Positions 35,263 through 43,361 of a stretch of 64,000 bases of DNA are shown in pieces (the first letter of the stretch is position 1; each line of letters begins with the position of its first letter). Position numbers and translations under genes: made by a program. The stretch comes from an uncultured Fibrobacteraceae bacterium (lineage in GTDB: Bacteria; Krumholzibacteriota; Krumholzibacteriia; LZORAL124-64-63). The DNA lies in assembly GCA_964617805.1 (NCBI GenBank), contig CAZTWK010000001.1:95050-159049 (forward strand), given 5' to 3'. The notes beneath the pieces were generated by a model. The model had not been told where the DNA came from, did no database searches, and saw nothing but the letters and a program-made list of their open reading frames with translations.

Positions 35263-36584
35263 CTGTTGCGGCCCCGCTGCTTCGAGAGGTAGAGCATCCG
35301 GTCGGCGTTGCGGTAGAGCTCCTCGGGCGTGTCGCCGGCCGCCGGGTAGGAGACGCCTCCGAAGGAGATGGTCACGCGCAGGGCCTCCTCGACGCCCGGG
35401 TCGGAGAGGCGGAGGTTGGCGATGCGCACCTGGATGCGCGTGACGATGTCGCGGGCGGCCTCGATGTCCGTGTCGGGCAGGACCAGGGCGAACTCCTCGC
35501 CCCCGACGCGGCAGACGATGTCGATCCGCCGCAAGCCCTGGAGCAGTTCGCGGGCCACGGACTTGAGCACCCGGTCGCCGGCCGGGTGGCCGAAGCGGTC
35601 GTTGATGTCCTTGAAGTGGTCGATGTCGCCGAGCAGCAGGACCAGGGGCGCCTCGCGGCGGTGGGCCCGCTCGAGTTCCAGGGCGAACTGGGCGTCGAAG
35701 AAGGCGCGGTTGTGGACGCCGGTGAGGGTGTCGGTGTGCACCAGGCGGCTCATTTGCAGGGTCTGGCGCCACCCGTTGGTGACGAAGCGGGAGATGCGGA
35801 ACGCCAGGTTGACGAGCGCCTCGCGCTCGATGGGCGCGGTGTGGATCACGTAGAGCAGGCCCGCCTCGCCGGCCGGGGATCCGTCCTCTCCCGTCGCGGC
35901 CTCGCTAGGCGGGTACAGGGGCACGGCGACGCCGGCCGCGAAGACGTCCGCTTCGTCGTCGGGACCGAAGTGCGCGCGCAGCCACGGCGGCAGTTCGCGT
36001 CGCGAGGGCAGCCAGACGGCCTCTCCCTCGACGCGGGTGGTGGCCCAGAAGGGTCGCTCCTCCCGCGGGCAGGTGCCCACGTTCAGGGGCGGCTCGGGAA
36101 CATCCGTCGCGCCGAACAGTTCGATGTGGAGTTCGGCCCGGGGAAAGGTCGGTTCGAGCAGGTCGAGCACGTCCTGCAGGATGGCGGCGGTGCTGTGGCC
36201 GCCGGAGCGGGAGACGGTGTGAACCTGGGCGCGCTCCATGGCGTTGAGCAGCCGCTCGTGCAGGGCGGGATCGTAGGTCGACAGGGGATCCGGGTCCGGA
36301 CCGGCGCTCCCCGGGGTCGCCGGCTTCACGGGTTCGGGAATCAGGGGCGTGAGGTCCAGCAGGGCCGCGTGGTCACGCAGGGCGAAGTAGCGACCGTCTC
36401 CTGTGCGACCGTCGCCGACGGTGACCCGGACCAGATCGCCGCGCCGGAGCAGGCTGGACACCAGGCTGCGCCCGTGGCGCCTCATGGCCTCGGTGTCGTC
36501 AGCGGCGAGGGCCAGGCGCAGCGAGCGCCGCAGGGGCGCGGCGACTTGGGCCACGGACAGCAGGTGCTTCAGAAGCGAGCGCAA
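35193..36584 (-). CDS. cytoplasmic diguanylate cyclase (GGDEF) with ~290-aa N-terminal sensor-like domain of unknown type
   Basis: GGEEF active site (RVGGEEFALVLPD) with RRID I-site 5 residues upstream; no TM segments; no EAL/HD-GYP. TTG start 36584 with AGGAG upstream. Confidence 0.8.
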   Translation of the reverse strand: MRSLLKHLLSVAQVAAPLRRSLRLALAADDTEAMRRHGRSLVSSLLRRGDLVRVTVGDGRTGDGRYFALRDHAALLDLTPLIPEPVKPATPGSAGPDPDPLSTYDPALHERLLNAMERAQVHTVSRSGGHSTAAILQDVLDLLEPTFPRAELHIELFGATDVPEPPLNVGTCPREERPFWATTRVEGEAVWLPSRRELPPWLRAHFGPDDEADVFAAGVAVPLYPPSEAATGEDGSPAGEAGLLYVIHTAPIEREALVNLAFRISRFVTNGWRQTLQMSRLVHTDTLTGVHNRAFFDAQFALELERAHRREAPLVLLLGDIDHFKDINDRFGHPAGDRVLKSVARELLQGLRRIDIVCRVGGEEFALVLPDTDIEAARDIVTRIQVRIANLRLSDPGVEEALRVTISFGGVSYPAAGDTPEELYRNADRMLYLSKQRGRNRCHFWNPDGDPILTLPRYSAPAD

Positions 36585-36609
36585 TCGGGTCCGGCTCCTG
36601 GGTGGATGT

Positions 36610-36700
36610 CAGCTTGACGCACGTCGATCGCACGTATATTGGTACGGGACTGGCGTGTACGCACGTACATAATTGTGACACAAAGTACGTAAACTTGCAA
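36610..36700. promoter_or_regulatory. low-GC divergent promoter/operator region between the GGDEF gene and the mltD-like gene
   Basis: ~45% GC island in a 70% GC genome. Three direct CGCACGT repeats at 36618, 36629, 36660 (spacings 11 and 31 bp). Inverted repeat TGTAC-gcac-GTACA. Candidate plus-strand promoter TTGACG-15-TATATT and minus-strand TTGCAA/TTTACG-TATGTA. Confidence 0.5.
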
Positions 36701-36780
36701 TATGGACAGTCTTGTTGAAGATCGTCCCCGGTGCGGAGAGGCTCCGCGCCGACCGCTCACAGCCCGACGGGAGAACAGGG

Positions 36781-38520
36781 ATGTCTCACCGCCTCGCCCC
36801 CGTAACGCAGACCTGGAGCCGTCTCGGCCCTCTGCTCGCCCTCCTGCTCCTGCTCGCCGGCTGCACGCCGTGGTTCGGTGGCGGTGACGCCCCCGAGACG
36901 AGCCCGGCGGCCGTCGTGTCCGGGGATCCCGCCCCCGCGGAGCCCGACACGCAGGCCGACGCGACGTCCGCCGTCGTGCTGCCGCCCGACGAGGCCGCCT
37001 CCTCCTCCCTGCGCGTGCTCCTGGAGGAGCGTCCGGATCTCGCCCAGCTCGACAGCATCTACCGCCAGGCCCTGGAGCTCCTCTCCCGCGCCCACTACGA
37101 GGCGGCGGAGGACCTGATCTTCGTGCTGAAGGAGGAGGCCGTGGCCATGGGGCCCGCGGACCGGGACAGCCTGGCCCAGCGTTTCCTGTCCAGTCTGGAC
37201 CGGCGGGTGACCCTGCTCGCGGGCGTGCTCACCGAGGACCGCGTCATGAGCCTCTCGGTGGCCGAGGACGACACCCTGCTGACCGCCGCCTACGAGAACC
37301 TGCGCGGCCTCTCCTTCCCCGACTCCCTGGTCCCCGTGGGCGGGGCCCCGCGCCGCGACATCCACAGCGACCTGCTCGGGGTGGACAACGAGGCCGTGAG
37401 CCAGTGGCTCGACTACTTCCAGGGCAACGGCCACGGCAGCCTGCAGAAGTGGCTCGAACGCAAGGCCGCCGTCGACTCGCTGATCTACAGCCATCTCGAC
37501 GGGGCCGGCCTGCCGCGCGAGCTCATCTACCTGGCCGCCATCGAGAGCGGCTTCAGCACCAGCGCCCGTTCCGGCGTGGGCGCCGTGGGTCCCTGGCAGT
37601 TCATGCCGGGCACCGCCCGCCACTTCGGCCTGCGTTGCGACTGGTGGGTGGACGAGCGCCGCGACCCCGAGATGGCCACCATCGCCGCCGTCACCTACCT
37701 CACCCAGCTCTACCACCACTTCGAGGACTGGGCCCTGGTGCTGGCCGGCTACAACACGGGCGAGCACCGGGTCGACCGGGCCATCCGCCTCGCGGGCCAC
37801 GACCATTTCTGGGACCTGCACCTGCCCTGGCAGACCCGCAACCACGTGCCCAAGTTCATCGCCACGGCCCGCATCTGCGAGGATCCCCTGGCCTACGGAC
37901 TCGAACCCACCAACGGCGCCAAGTTGGGCTACGACGTCGTCGACGTGACCGACGCCACCGACCTGGGCCTGATCGCCGAGTGCGCCGGCGTGGACGCCGA
38001 GACGGTGGTGGCGCTGAATCCCGCCCTGCTGCGGCGGGCCACGCCCCCCGGCGCCGGCGACTACCCCGTGCGCGTCCCCCTGGACACGGGCGACCGCTGC
38101 CTGCGCAAGCTGCGCTCGATCCCCCTGGCCGAGCGTCTCACCTGGCGGCGGCACACGGTGGGCCGCGGCGAGACCCTGGGCGGCATCGCCGGGCGCTACG
38201 GCACCACCGTGTCGGACATCGCCGAGCTCAACGGCCTCCGCAACGCGGCCCTGATCCATCCCGGCGACAAGCTGCTGATCCCCATGCCCGCCGTGCTGGC
38301 CGACCGGGCCGAGCGGCGCGTCGCCGAGAGCGGCCACTACGTGCCGCCGTCGGGCTACCAGCGCGTGAGCTACCGGGTGCGCAGCGGCGACACGCTCACC
38401 GGCATCGCGCGCAAGCTGGGCGTCAGCCTGCGCCACCTGCGGCGCGTGAACAACATGCACGGCTCCGGCCTGATCCGGCCGGGCGACCGCATCTACGCCT
38501 ACAGACCTCCCCGGCCCTGA
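36781..38520 (+). CDS. membrane-bound lytic murein transglycosylase D-like lipoprotein with two C-terminal LysM domains
   Basis: Start re-called to ATG 36781 (MSHRLAPVTQTWSRLGPLLALLLLLAGC lipobox; GGGAG 7 nt upstream). SLT/MltD catalytic region IYLAAIESGFSTSARSGVGAVGPWQFMPGTARHFG. Two LysM repeats (HTVGRGETLGGIAGRYGTTVSDIAELNGL; YRVRSGDTLTGIARKLGVSLRHLRRVNNM). Confidence 0.8.
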   Translation: MSHRLAPVTQTWSRLGPLLALLLLLAGCTPWFGGGDAPETSPAAVVSGDPAPAEPDTQADATSAVVLPPDEAASSSLRVLLEERPDLAQLDSIYRQALELLSRAHYEAAEDLIFVLKEEAVAMGPADRDSLAQRFLSSLDRRVTLLAGVLTEDRVMSLSVAEDDTLLTAAYENLRGLSFPDSLVPVGGAPRRDIHSDLLGVDNEAVSQWLDYFQGNGHGSLQKWLERKAAVDSLIYSHLDGAGLPRELIYLAAIESGFSTSARSGVGAVGPWQFMPGTARHFGLRCDWWVDERRDPEMATIAAVTYLTQLYHHFEDWALVLAGYNTGEHRVDRAIRLAGHDHFWDLHLPWQTRNHVPKFIATARICEDPLAYGLEPTNGAKLGYDVVDVTDATDLGLIAECAGVDAETVVALNPALLRRATPPGAGDYPVRVPLDTGDRCLRKLRSIPLAERLTWRRHTVGRGETLGGIAGRYGTTVSDIAELNGLRNAALIHPGDKLLIPMPAVLADRAERRVAESGHYVPPSGYQRVSYRVRSGDTLTGIARKLGVSLRHLRRVNNMHGSGLIRPGDRIYAYRPPRP

Positions 38521-38552
38521 GGCCGAGGAGGTCCGCGCGAATCGTCTTCCCT

Positions 38553-39635
38553 CTAGAAGTGAGCCGTGATGCTGACCCGGTGGGTCTCCTCGTCGATCTC
38601 GAGGACGTCGCCGGCGTAGGCGTAGTCGATGGTCAGCATGGAGACGCGGAAGCCCGCGCCGAGGGTGAGGTCGTCGATGGTGAAGCCGGAGTCGAGGCCG
38701 CCGCGCAGGAAGACCTTCTCGCGCAGGGCCAGCTCGCCGCCCAGGTGGAGGTTCGTGCTGAGGGATCCGGCGTGGAACTGGTCGCCGTCGCGGCGGTTCT
38801 CGAAGCGCGTCTCGGCGGCGGAGGCCAGCGTGATACGCGCGCCCCAGTCGGGCAGGCGCAGGTTGTAGGCCAGGCCTGGCACCAGAGCGGGCGTGATGAC
38901 CTCGTTCTTGGAGTAGCCGTCGGGGCCGGTCCAGGAGAGGAAGGTGTGGGTGGCGTCCTGCAGCTTCACGCCGAAGTCCAGGTCGCGCCAGATGCCGCGC
39001 CGGAAGGCGCCCAGGTCCAGGCCGATGCCCAGGCTCGCGTACTCGCCCACGCTCTGGCGGATGAACTTGACGGTGCCGCCCAGCTGCCAGTCGCCCTTGC
39101 GCTCGGCGTAGCTGGCGAACAGCGCCAGCTCGGAATCGCTGGCGAACTTGATCTGGTCCTGCAGGGTGAAGAGGCCCTGCAGTTCCTCGTTGGTGACGGT
39201 GCCGTCGCTGTCGGCGTCCAGCTGGTCGAAGAGGTGGTCGGTCAGCGGGATGTCGTCGACCCCGAGACGGATGGCGGAGATGGCCACCGCGCCGTCCTCT
39301 CCCCCGAGCAGCGACCAGCCCACGGGCTGGGCGTAGGCCACGAAGTCGCGGTCGATGAGGTCGCCGAATCGCTCGGCGTGCATGAGCAGCAGGTTGCGCC
39401 CCTCGGTGCCCACGAGGCCGGCCGGATTCCAGAAGGCCGCCGACGGGTCGTCGGCCACGGCCACGAAGGCGCCGCCCATGGCCAGCGCGCGGGCGCCGCC
39501 GCCGTCCTCCATGAAGGCGCCGGCGTACTTGTCGGCCAGGGCGTCGCCGGGCGACGTCGCCAGGACGAAGAGCAGGCACAGGGCGCAGGCGGACAGGGCG
39601 CTGGTATACGTCCGGCGGGTACCGGTGATCAGCAT
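38553..39635 (-). CDS. FadL/PorV-family outer-membrane beta-barrel protein
   Basis: Signal peptide (MLITGTRRTYTSALSACALCLLFVLATSPGDALA), N-terminal GGGARALAMGGAFVAVADDPSAAFWNPAGL signature of FadL/TodX/PorV-type 14-strand barrels, C-terminal aromatic (…ITAHF). Start re-called to ATG 39635 with GAGGA upstream. Confidence 0.65.
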   Translation of the reverse strand: MLITGTRRTYTSALSACALCLLFVLATSPGDALADKYAGAFMEDGGGARALAMGGAFVAVADDPSAAFWNPAGLVGTEGRNLLLMHAERFGDLIDRDFVAYAQPVGWSLLGGEDGAVAISAIRLGVDDIPLTDHLFDQLDADSDGTVTNEELQGLFTLQDQIKFASDSELALFASYAERKGDWQLGGTVKFIRQSVGEYASLGIGLDLGAFRRGIWRDLDFGVKLQDATHTFLSWTGPDGYSKNEVITPALVPGLAYNLRLPDWGARITLASAAETRFENRRDGDQFHAGSLSTNLHLGGELALREKVFLRGGLDSGFTIDDLTLGAGFRVSMLTIDYAYAGDVLEIDEETHRVSITAHF

Positions 39636-39763
39636 GGGGGATCCTCGCATTCCCAGGGGTGGACGGGCCGTGCCGATCCGCACGGCTCAATGGGTGCGTT
39701 CACCTGCGGTCCGCCGAGCGGGCCGTCAGGTGCAACGGCGACGAGCTGCGAAGCCCCTGCCGC

Positions 39764-39811
39764 TGCTCCATATTATACGTCAACGACGCGCGGAGGGCCA
39801 AGCCCTCGTCT
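39764..39811 (-). promoter_or_regulatory. terminator-like hairpin after the sigma-54 activator gene plus putative TATAAT promoter for the outer-membrane-protein gene
   Basis: GAGGGC-ttg-GCCCTC inverted repeat at 39793..39807 right after the EBP stop. Perfect TATAAT at 39777..39772 (minus) with TTGGCC 18 nt upstream. A GCCGTGC-ggatcg-GCACGGC stem-loop lies in the 130-nt leader (39665..39690). Confidence 0.4.
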
Positions 39812-39816
39812 CATCC

Positions 39817-41304
39817 TCAGTTCAGACCGTACTTCTTCAGCTTGCGGTACAGGGTCCGCTCGCTGATGCCGAGCTTCTCGGCCGCCTCGCGGCGCCTGCC
39901 GCCGGTGGTGGCCAGGGCCCGCTCGATCAGGGCCCGTTCGGCGCTGACCAGGTCGCCCTCGCCGGCGCCGGGTTCGGTGGAGTAGCCGGCCTCCCCGGCG
40001 AAGGTGTCGACCACCTGTCCGGCGAAGGACACCGGCACGGCGTCGCCGCCCTCGACCATCGCCAGCAAACGCTTCACGTCGCCCCTCAGTTCCAGGAGCG
40101 TGGCCATGAGCAGTTCCATCTCCAGTCCCGTGCCGCGCGCGACCGGCACCGGCAGGTTGCCGGGCTGGCCCCGCACGTGGCCGGTGACGACCTCCTCGGG
40201 CAGGTCCGAGGTGTCGATCATGCCGGTCTGCTTGAAGACCGACATGGAGCGGATCATGTTGCGCAGCTCCCGCACGTTGCCGGGCCAGGCGTAGGCGCTC
40301 AGCAGTTCCAGGGCCGGCCGGGCAATGCCGCGCAGGGAGAAGCCGTGCTCGGCGTTCTCCTGCTCGAGGAAGGTCTGGGCCAGGATGGGCACGTCCTCGC
40401 GGCGGTCGCGCAGGGGCGGCGCCGGAATGACCACCACGCGCAGGCGGTAGTAGAGGTCCTGGCGGAAGCGGCCGGCCTCGACCTCCCGCGCCAGGTCGCG
40501 GTGGGTGGCGGCCACCAGGCGGATGTCGCTGCGCTCGACCCGGGTGCCGCCCACGGGCATGAACTCGCCGGTCTCCAGGGCGCGCAGGAAGCGGGTCTGC
40601 ATGGCCAGGGGCAGCTCGGCCACCTCGTCCAGGAAGAGGGTGCCGCCGTCGGCGCGCTTGAACACGCCCTCGTGCCGGCTCACCGCGCCGGTGAAGGCGC
40701 CCTTCTCGTGTCCGAAGAGCTCGCTCTCGAGCACGCCCTCGCTCAGGGCGCCACAGTTGAGGCTCACGAAGGGCTTGTCGACGCGGGAGGAGTGCTGGTG
40801 CAGGGCGCGCGCCACGAGTTCCTTGCCGGTGCCGCTCTCCCCCAGGACCAGCACGTTCACGTCGAGGGGCGCGGCCTGGGCGACCAGGGCGATCATCTGG
40901 TTGACCGCGCGCGAGCGGCCGACGATGCCGCTGCGGTTGCGCACCTCGCGCAGCTTCAGCAGGCGTTCCACCTCGAGGCGTAGCTCGTCGTCGGGGACGC
41001 CGGGGGCCAGGCGGCGCAGGGCGCCGCGGTGGGGCTTGTCCTGGAGGCCGGAAAGCACGGCGGGCTCGCCGAGCACGATCAGGTCCGCGTCGCCGCGCAG
41101 GGAAAGGAACTTCTCGACCACGTGGCGCGAGCGCCGGTACTCGGTGGTGTCGAAGATGAGCAGGGCGCCCCCGCCCTCGGCGAAGACGGCCAGGGCTTCC
41201 GAGGGGGATTCGTGGAGGGTGAGCGCCACGTCCGGCAGGCGCATGTCGGCCACCGTCTTGAAAAGGGCCGGTCTGCGTCCGAGTACGGCCACGTTGTGGG
41301 ACAC
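39817..41304 (-). CDS. sigma-54-dependent Fis-family transcriptional activator (FleQ/FlrA-like, atypical receiver-like N-domain)
   Basis: AAA+ sigma-54 interaction domain (GESGTGKELVARALH, GAFTGA as GHEKGAFTGAV, ESELFGHEKG), C-terminal Fis HTH (AAEKLGISERTLYRKLKKYGL). Start re-called to GTG 41304 with GGAGG 7 nt upstream. Lies at the 3' end of the flagellar cluster. Confidence 0.85.
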   Translation of the reverse strand: MSHNVAVLGRRPALFKTVADMRLPDVALTLHESPSEALAVFAEGGGALLIFDTTEYRRSRHVVEKFLSLRGDADLIVLGEPAVLSGLQDKPHRGALRRLAPGVPDDELRLEVERLLKLREVRNRSGIVGRSRAVNQMIALVAQAAPLDVNVLVLGESGTGKELVARALHQHSSRVDKPFVSLNCGALSEGVLESELFGHEKGAFTGAVSRHEGVFKRADGGTLFLDEVAELPLAMQTRFLRALETGEFMPVGGTRVERSDIRLVAATHRDLAREVEAGRFRQDLYYRLRVVVIPAPPLRDRREDVPILAQTFLEQENAEHGFSLRGIARPALELLSAYAWPGNVRELRNMIRSMSVFKQTGMIDTSDLPEEVVTGHVRGQPGNLPVPVARGTGLEMELLMATLLELRGDVKRLLAMVEGGDAVPVSFAGQVVDTFAGEAGYSTEPGAGEGDLVSAERALIERALATTGGRRREAAEKLGISERTLYRKLKKYGLN

Positions 41305-41446
41305 CGCGCGCCCTCCTGCGAACCTGTCAGTCCCGCTGTCAGGCGGGCCGGGGAATCTAGTCACTGCAATCGAAAGGGAAAATAGCACATATGGCCGGCG
41401 TGCGCCAACCCCGGGCCGGGATGCGGACGCGAGGTGTCAGGCCCGC

Positions 41447-41941
41447 TCAGTTCTGACGATGCAGGTATTCCACGTCCATGCCGGTGGCGAAGGCGTCGTA
41501 GCCCACCCCCGCGCCGGAGAGACGGCCGCTCTTGAGCGCGATCTCCTCGAGGGATTCTGCGGCCCGGCGCAGACGGCGCAACAGCAGGTCCAGGGATTCC
41601 AGTCCCGCGCTCTCGGTTTCCAGGCGGTCGGGAGGCACCGGTACGGCCGTCTGGACGGCCCGGTAGGCGGCGAGACCCGCGGCGTCGGGACGCGGCTGGA
41701 CCGCGGGCGGCGCCGCATCCGAGCGGGTTCGCGGACGAGGCCGCGGCAGCGGGGCGGAGAGGTCTCGCCACAGACGTCGAGCGTGGGCGCCGAGGCCGGT
41801 CCAGCCCGGCTTCAGACGCTGGATCTGGATGTAGATGGCCACCACCAGGGCCGTGCCGCCGGCCGCGATGGCCACCGCGCCCAGCCAGGCCATGGTCTTG
41901 TTCCCGCCCTGCAGTACGTCCATGATCTCCACGTCCATCAT
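41447..41941 (-). CDS. hypothetical single-pass membrane protein (flagellar-cluster associated)
   Basis: 164 aa, one TM helix (WLGAVAIAAGGTALVVAIYIQI), Pro-rich linker, helical C-terminal domain; AAGGAAAGG SD before ATGATG; no recognisable family. Confidence 0.55.
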   Translation of the reverse strand: MMDVEIMDVLQGGNKTMAWLGAVAIAAGGTALVVAIYIQIQRLKPGWTGLGAHARRLWRDLSAPLPRPRPRTRSDAAPPAVQPRPDAAGLAAYRAVQTAVPVPPDRLETESAGLESLDLLLRRLRRAAESLEEIALKSGRLSGAGVGYDAFATGMDVEYLHRQN

Positions 41942-41982
41942 CCTTTCCTTCGGCTCTCGTCAGTGCGGCGCGGCGCGCTCGC

Positions 41983-42315
41983 TCAGGCTTTCGTGTCCAG
42001 CACGACGCCCTTGTTCCCGTCGTCCCCCTCCTGCGCGTCGGCGCTCGCCTCGTGCTCGGCGGCGGCCTCCTGCAGGTCCTCGCCGGCCGGCCGCTCCGGC
42101 TCGTCCTCGCGGCCGCGCTTGCGCTCGCTGTCGGGATTGATCTTGTGCTTCTGCACCTCTTCGCTGCGCTTGACGCGGTCGGTCCGCTTGTCGTTCTTCA
42201 GCAGCTTGTCCGTGGCGGGGTTCAGGGGCTGGGCGGCCTGTCCCTTGACCTGGGCGCGGGCCACGTTGGCGATCTGGCTGATGGTGGTCTTCACCGAGAA
42301 GCCGTCGGTCGTCAC
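41983..42315 (-). CDS. hypothetical small highly charged protein immediately downstream of fliA
   Basis: 110 aa, K/R/E/D-rich, predicted disordered C-terminal half. GTG start with GGGAGG 7 nt upstream, 29 nt after the fliA stop. No FlgM C-terminal helix signature detected. Confidence 0.55.
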   Translation of the reverse strand: MTTDGFSVKTTISQIANVARAQVKGQAAQPLNPATDKLLKNDKRTDRVKRSEEVQKHKINPDSERKRGREDEPERPAGEDLQEAAAEHEASADAQEGDDGNKGVVLDTKA

Positions 42316-42344
42316 GTCGCACCTCCCAACCCGTCAGGCCGCGC

Positions 42345-43289
42345 TCAGGATCGCAGCGGCACGTCCAGTTCCATCAGCACCGTGGCCAGCTTGACCAGCG
42401 GCGGCAGGGCCAGCCCCGCCATGATGTTGATCTTCTCGTGGAGGTCCGCCTTCTCGAGGACCTCCTCCACCGTGTCCTCGCGCTGCTTGCGTATCTCGCG
42501 GCTCAGCCGCCCGATGGATTTCTTGCCCTCGCTGCGCTGGATCTTGCCGCGCAGGCGCAGGATCGCCTTGGTGTGGATCTGGCAGACCCGGGACTCGGTC
42601 ACGTCCAGGATCTCGCCGATCTCCTTCAGGGTGAGTTCCTCGTAGTAGTAGAGGACCAGCACCAGCTGTTCCTTGTCCGCCAGCTCGCCCAGGCTGCTGG
42701 CGATCAGGCCGCGCATCTCCTCCTCCGAGACGCAGGTCTCGGCGTCGGGCGTCCGCGTGTCGGGCAGGTAGTCGCCGAGGCTCGAGCTGTCGTCGTCGTC
42801 GGAGCCGTCGGCATCCAGCGAGACGATGGTGGCCACGGCGACCTCGTCCATCATCACGGCCAGGTCGCGGCGCGTGACGCCCAGCTCCTTGGCCAGCTCC
42901 TCGTCGGTCGCCGTGCGCCCGAAGCGGGCCTCCAGCCGCGTGTAGGCGTCCTCGAGCTGACGCGCCTTGCGGCGCAGGGAGCGCGGGAACCAGTCCTGGG
43001 TGCGCAGCTCGTCCAGGATGGCGCCGCGGATGCGGGGGATCGCGTAGGTCTCGAACTTGTTGCCGCGCTTGTAGTCGTAGTTGTCGATGGCCTGGATCAG
43101 GCCCAGCAGCCCCGCCGAGACCAGATCGTTGTGGTCCACGTAGTGGGGCAGGCCGATGGCCATGCGGCCCGCGACGTACTTGACCAGCCGCGCGTACTGT
43201 TCGACCAGTTCCTGGCGGGCCGGTTGGTCGACGCTCTTCGCGAGCCGTTCCCAGAGGTCCAGATGGGCGATCGTATCGTTCTTAAGCAT
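42345..43289 (-). CDS. fliA: RNA polymerase sigma factor, FliA/WhiG (sigma-28) family, with ~60-aa C-terminal extension
   Basis: Region 2 (DLVSAGLLGLIQAIDNYDYKRGNKFETYAIPRIRGAILDELR) and region 4.2 HTH (LTLKEIGEILDVTESRVCQIHTKAILRLR). Sits after flhF as in Firmicute fla/che operons. Extra C-terminal tail KKSIGRLSREIRKQRED...LPPLVKLATVLMELDVPLRS. Confidence 0.8.
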   Translation of the reverse strand: MLKNDTIAHLDLWERLAKSVDQPARQELVEQYARLVKYVAGRMAIGLPHYVDHNDLVSAGLLGLIQAIDNYDYKRGNKFETYAIPRIRGAILDELRTQDWFPRSLRRKARQLEDAYTRLEARFGRTATDEELAKELGVTRRDLAVMMDEVAVATIVSLDADGSDDDDSSSLGDYLPDTRTPDAETCVSEEEMRGLIASSLGELADKEQLVLVLYYYEELTLKEIGEILDVTESRVCQIHTKAILRLRGKIQRSEGKKSIGRLSREIRKQREDTVEEVLEKADLHEKINIMAGLALPPLVKLATVLMELDVPLRS

Positions 43290-43328
43290 GCAGTGCCTCG
43301 TTGTCTCGGTTGTGGGTCACGAACCGGT

Positions 43329-43345
43329 TGCAGTTTCCGTGCCTG
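43329..43345 (-). promoter_or_regulatory. candidate sigma-54 (-24/-12) promoter upstream of fliA
   Basis: Minus-strand cAGGCACGgaaacTGCAacc (GG-N10-GC; GGCACG and TGCA elements) ~40 nt upstream of the fliA ATG. Adjacent inverted repeat AGGGCC-atg-GGCCCT (43349..43363) overlaps the preceding gene's stop. Confidence 0.5.
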
Positions 43346-43361
43346 CGCAGGGCCATGGGCC

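Noticed and set aside
35251-35270. Plus-strand TGGCACctgtTGCG sigma-54-like string
   Set aside because: GG-to-GC spacing is 8 not 10 nt, and it lies inside coding sequence in the wrong orientation for any nearby gene start.
36658-36695. dif-like site (GCACGTACATAA ... GTACGTAAACT resembles the XerC arm CATAA and the Firmicute XerD arm TTATGTAAACT)
   Set aside because: The two arm-like elements cannot be placed in the required 11-6-11 register simultaneously. More likely they are part of the promoter/operator repeats; no terminus-region evidence.
36499-36887. Small ORFs spanning the GGDEF/mltD intergenic region (36569..36760 -, 36499..36681 -, 36702..36887 +)
   Set aside because: Arg-rich, no SD, and they overlap the re-called starts of the flanking genes and the promoter region.
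41983-42315. FlgM (anti-sigma-28) assignment for the 110-aa charged protein after fliA
   Set aside because: No recognisable FlgM C-terminal sigma-28-binding helices; kept as hypothetical and raised only as a hypothesis in findings.
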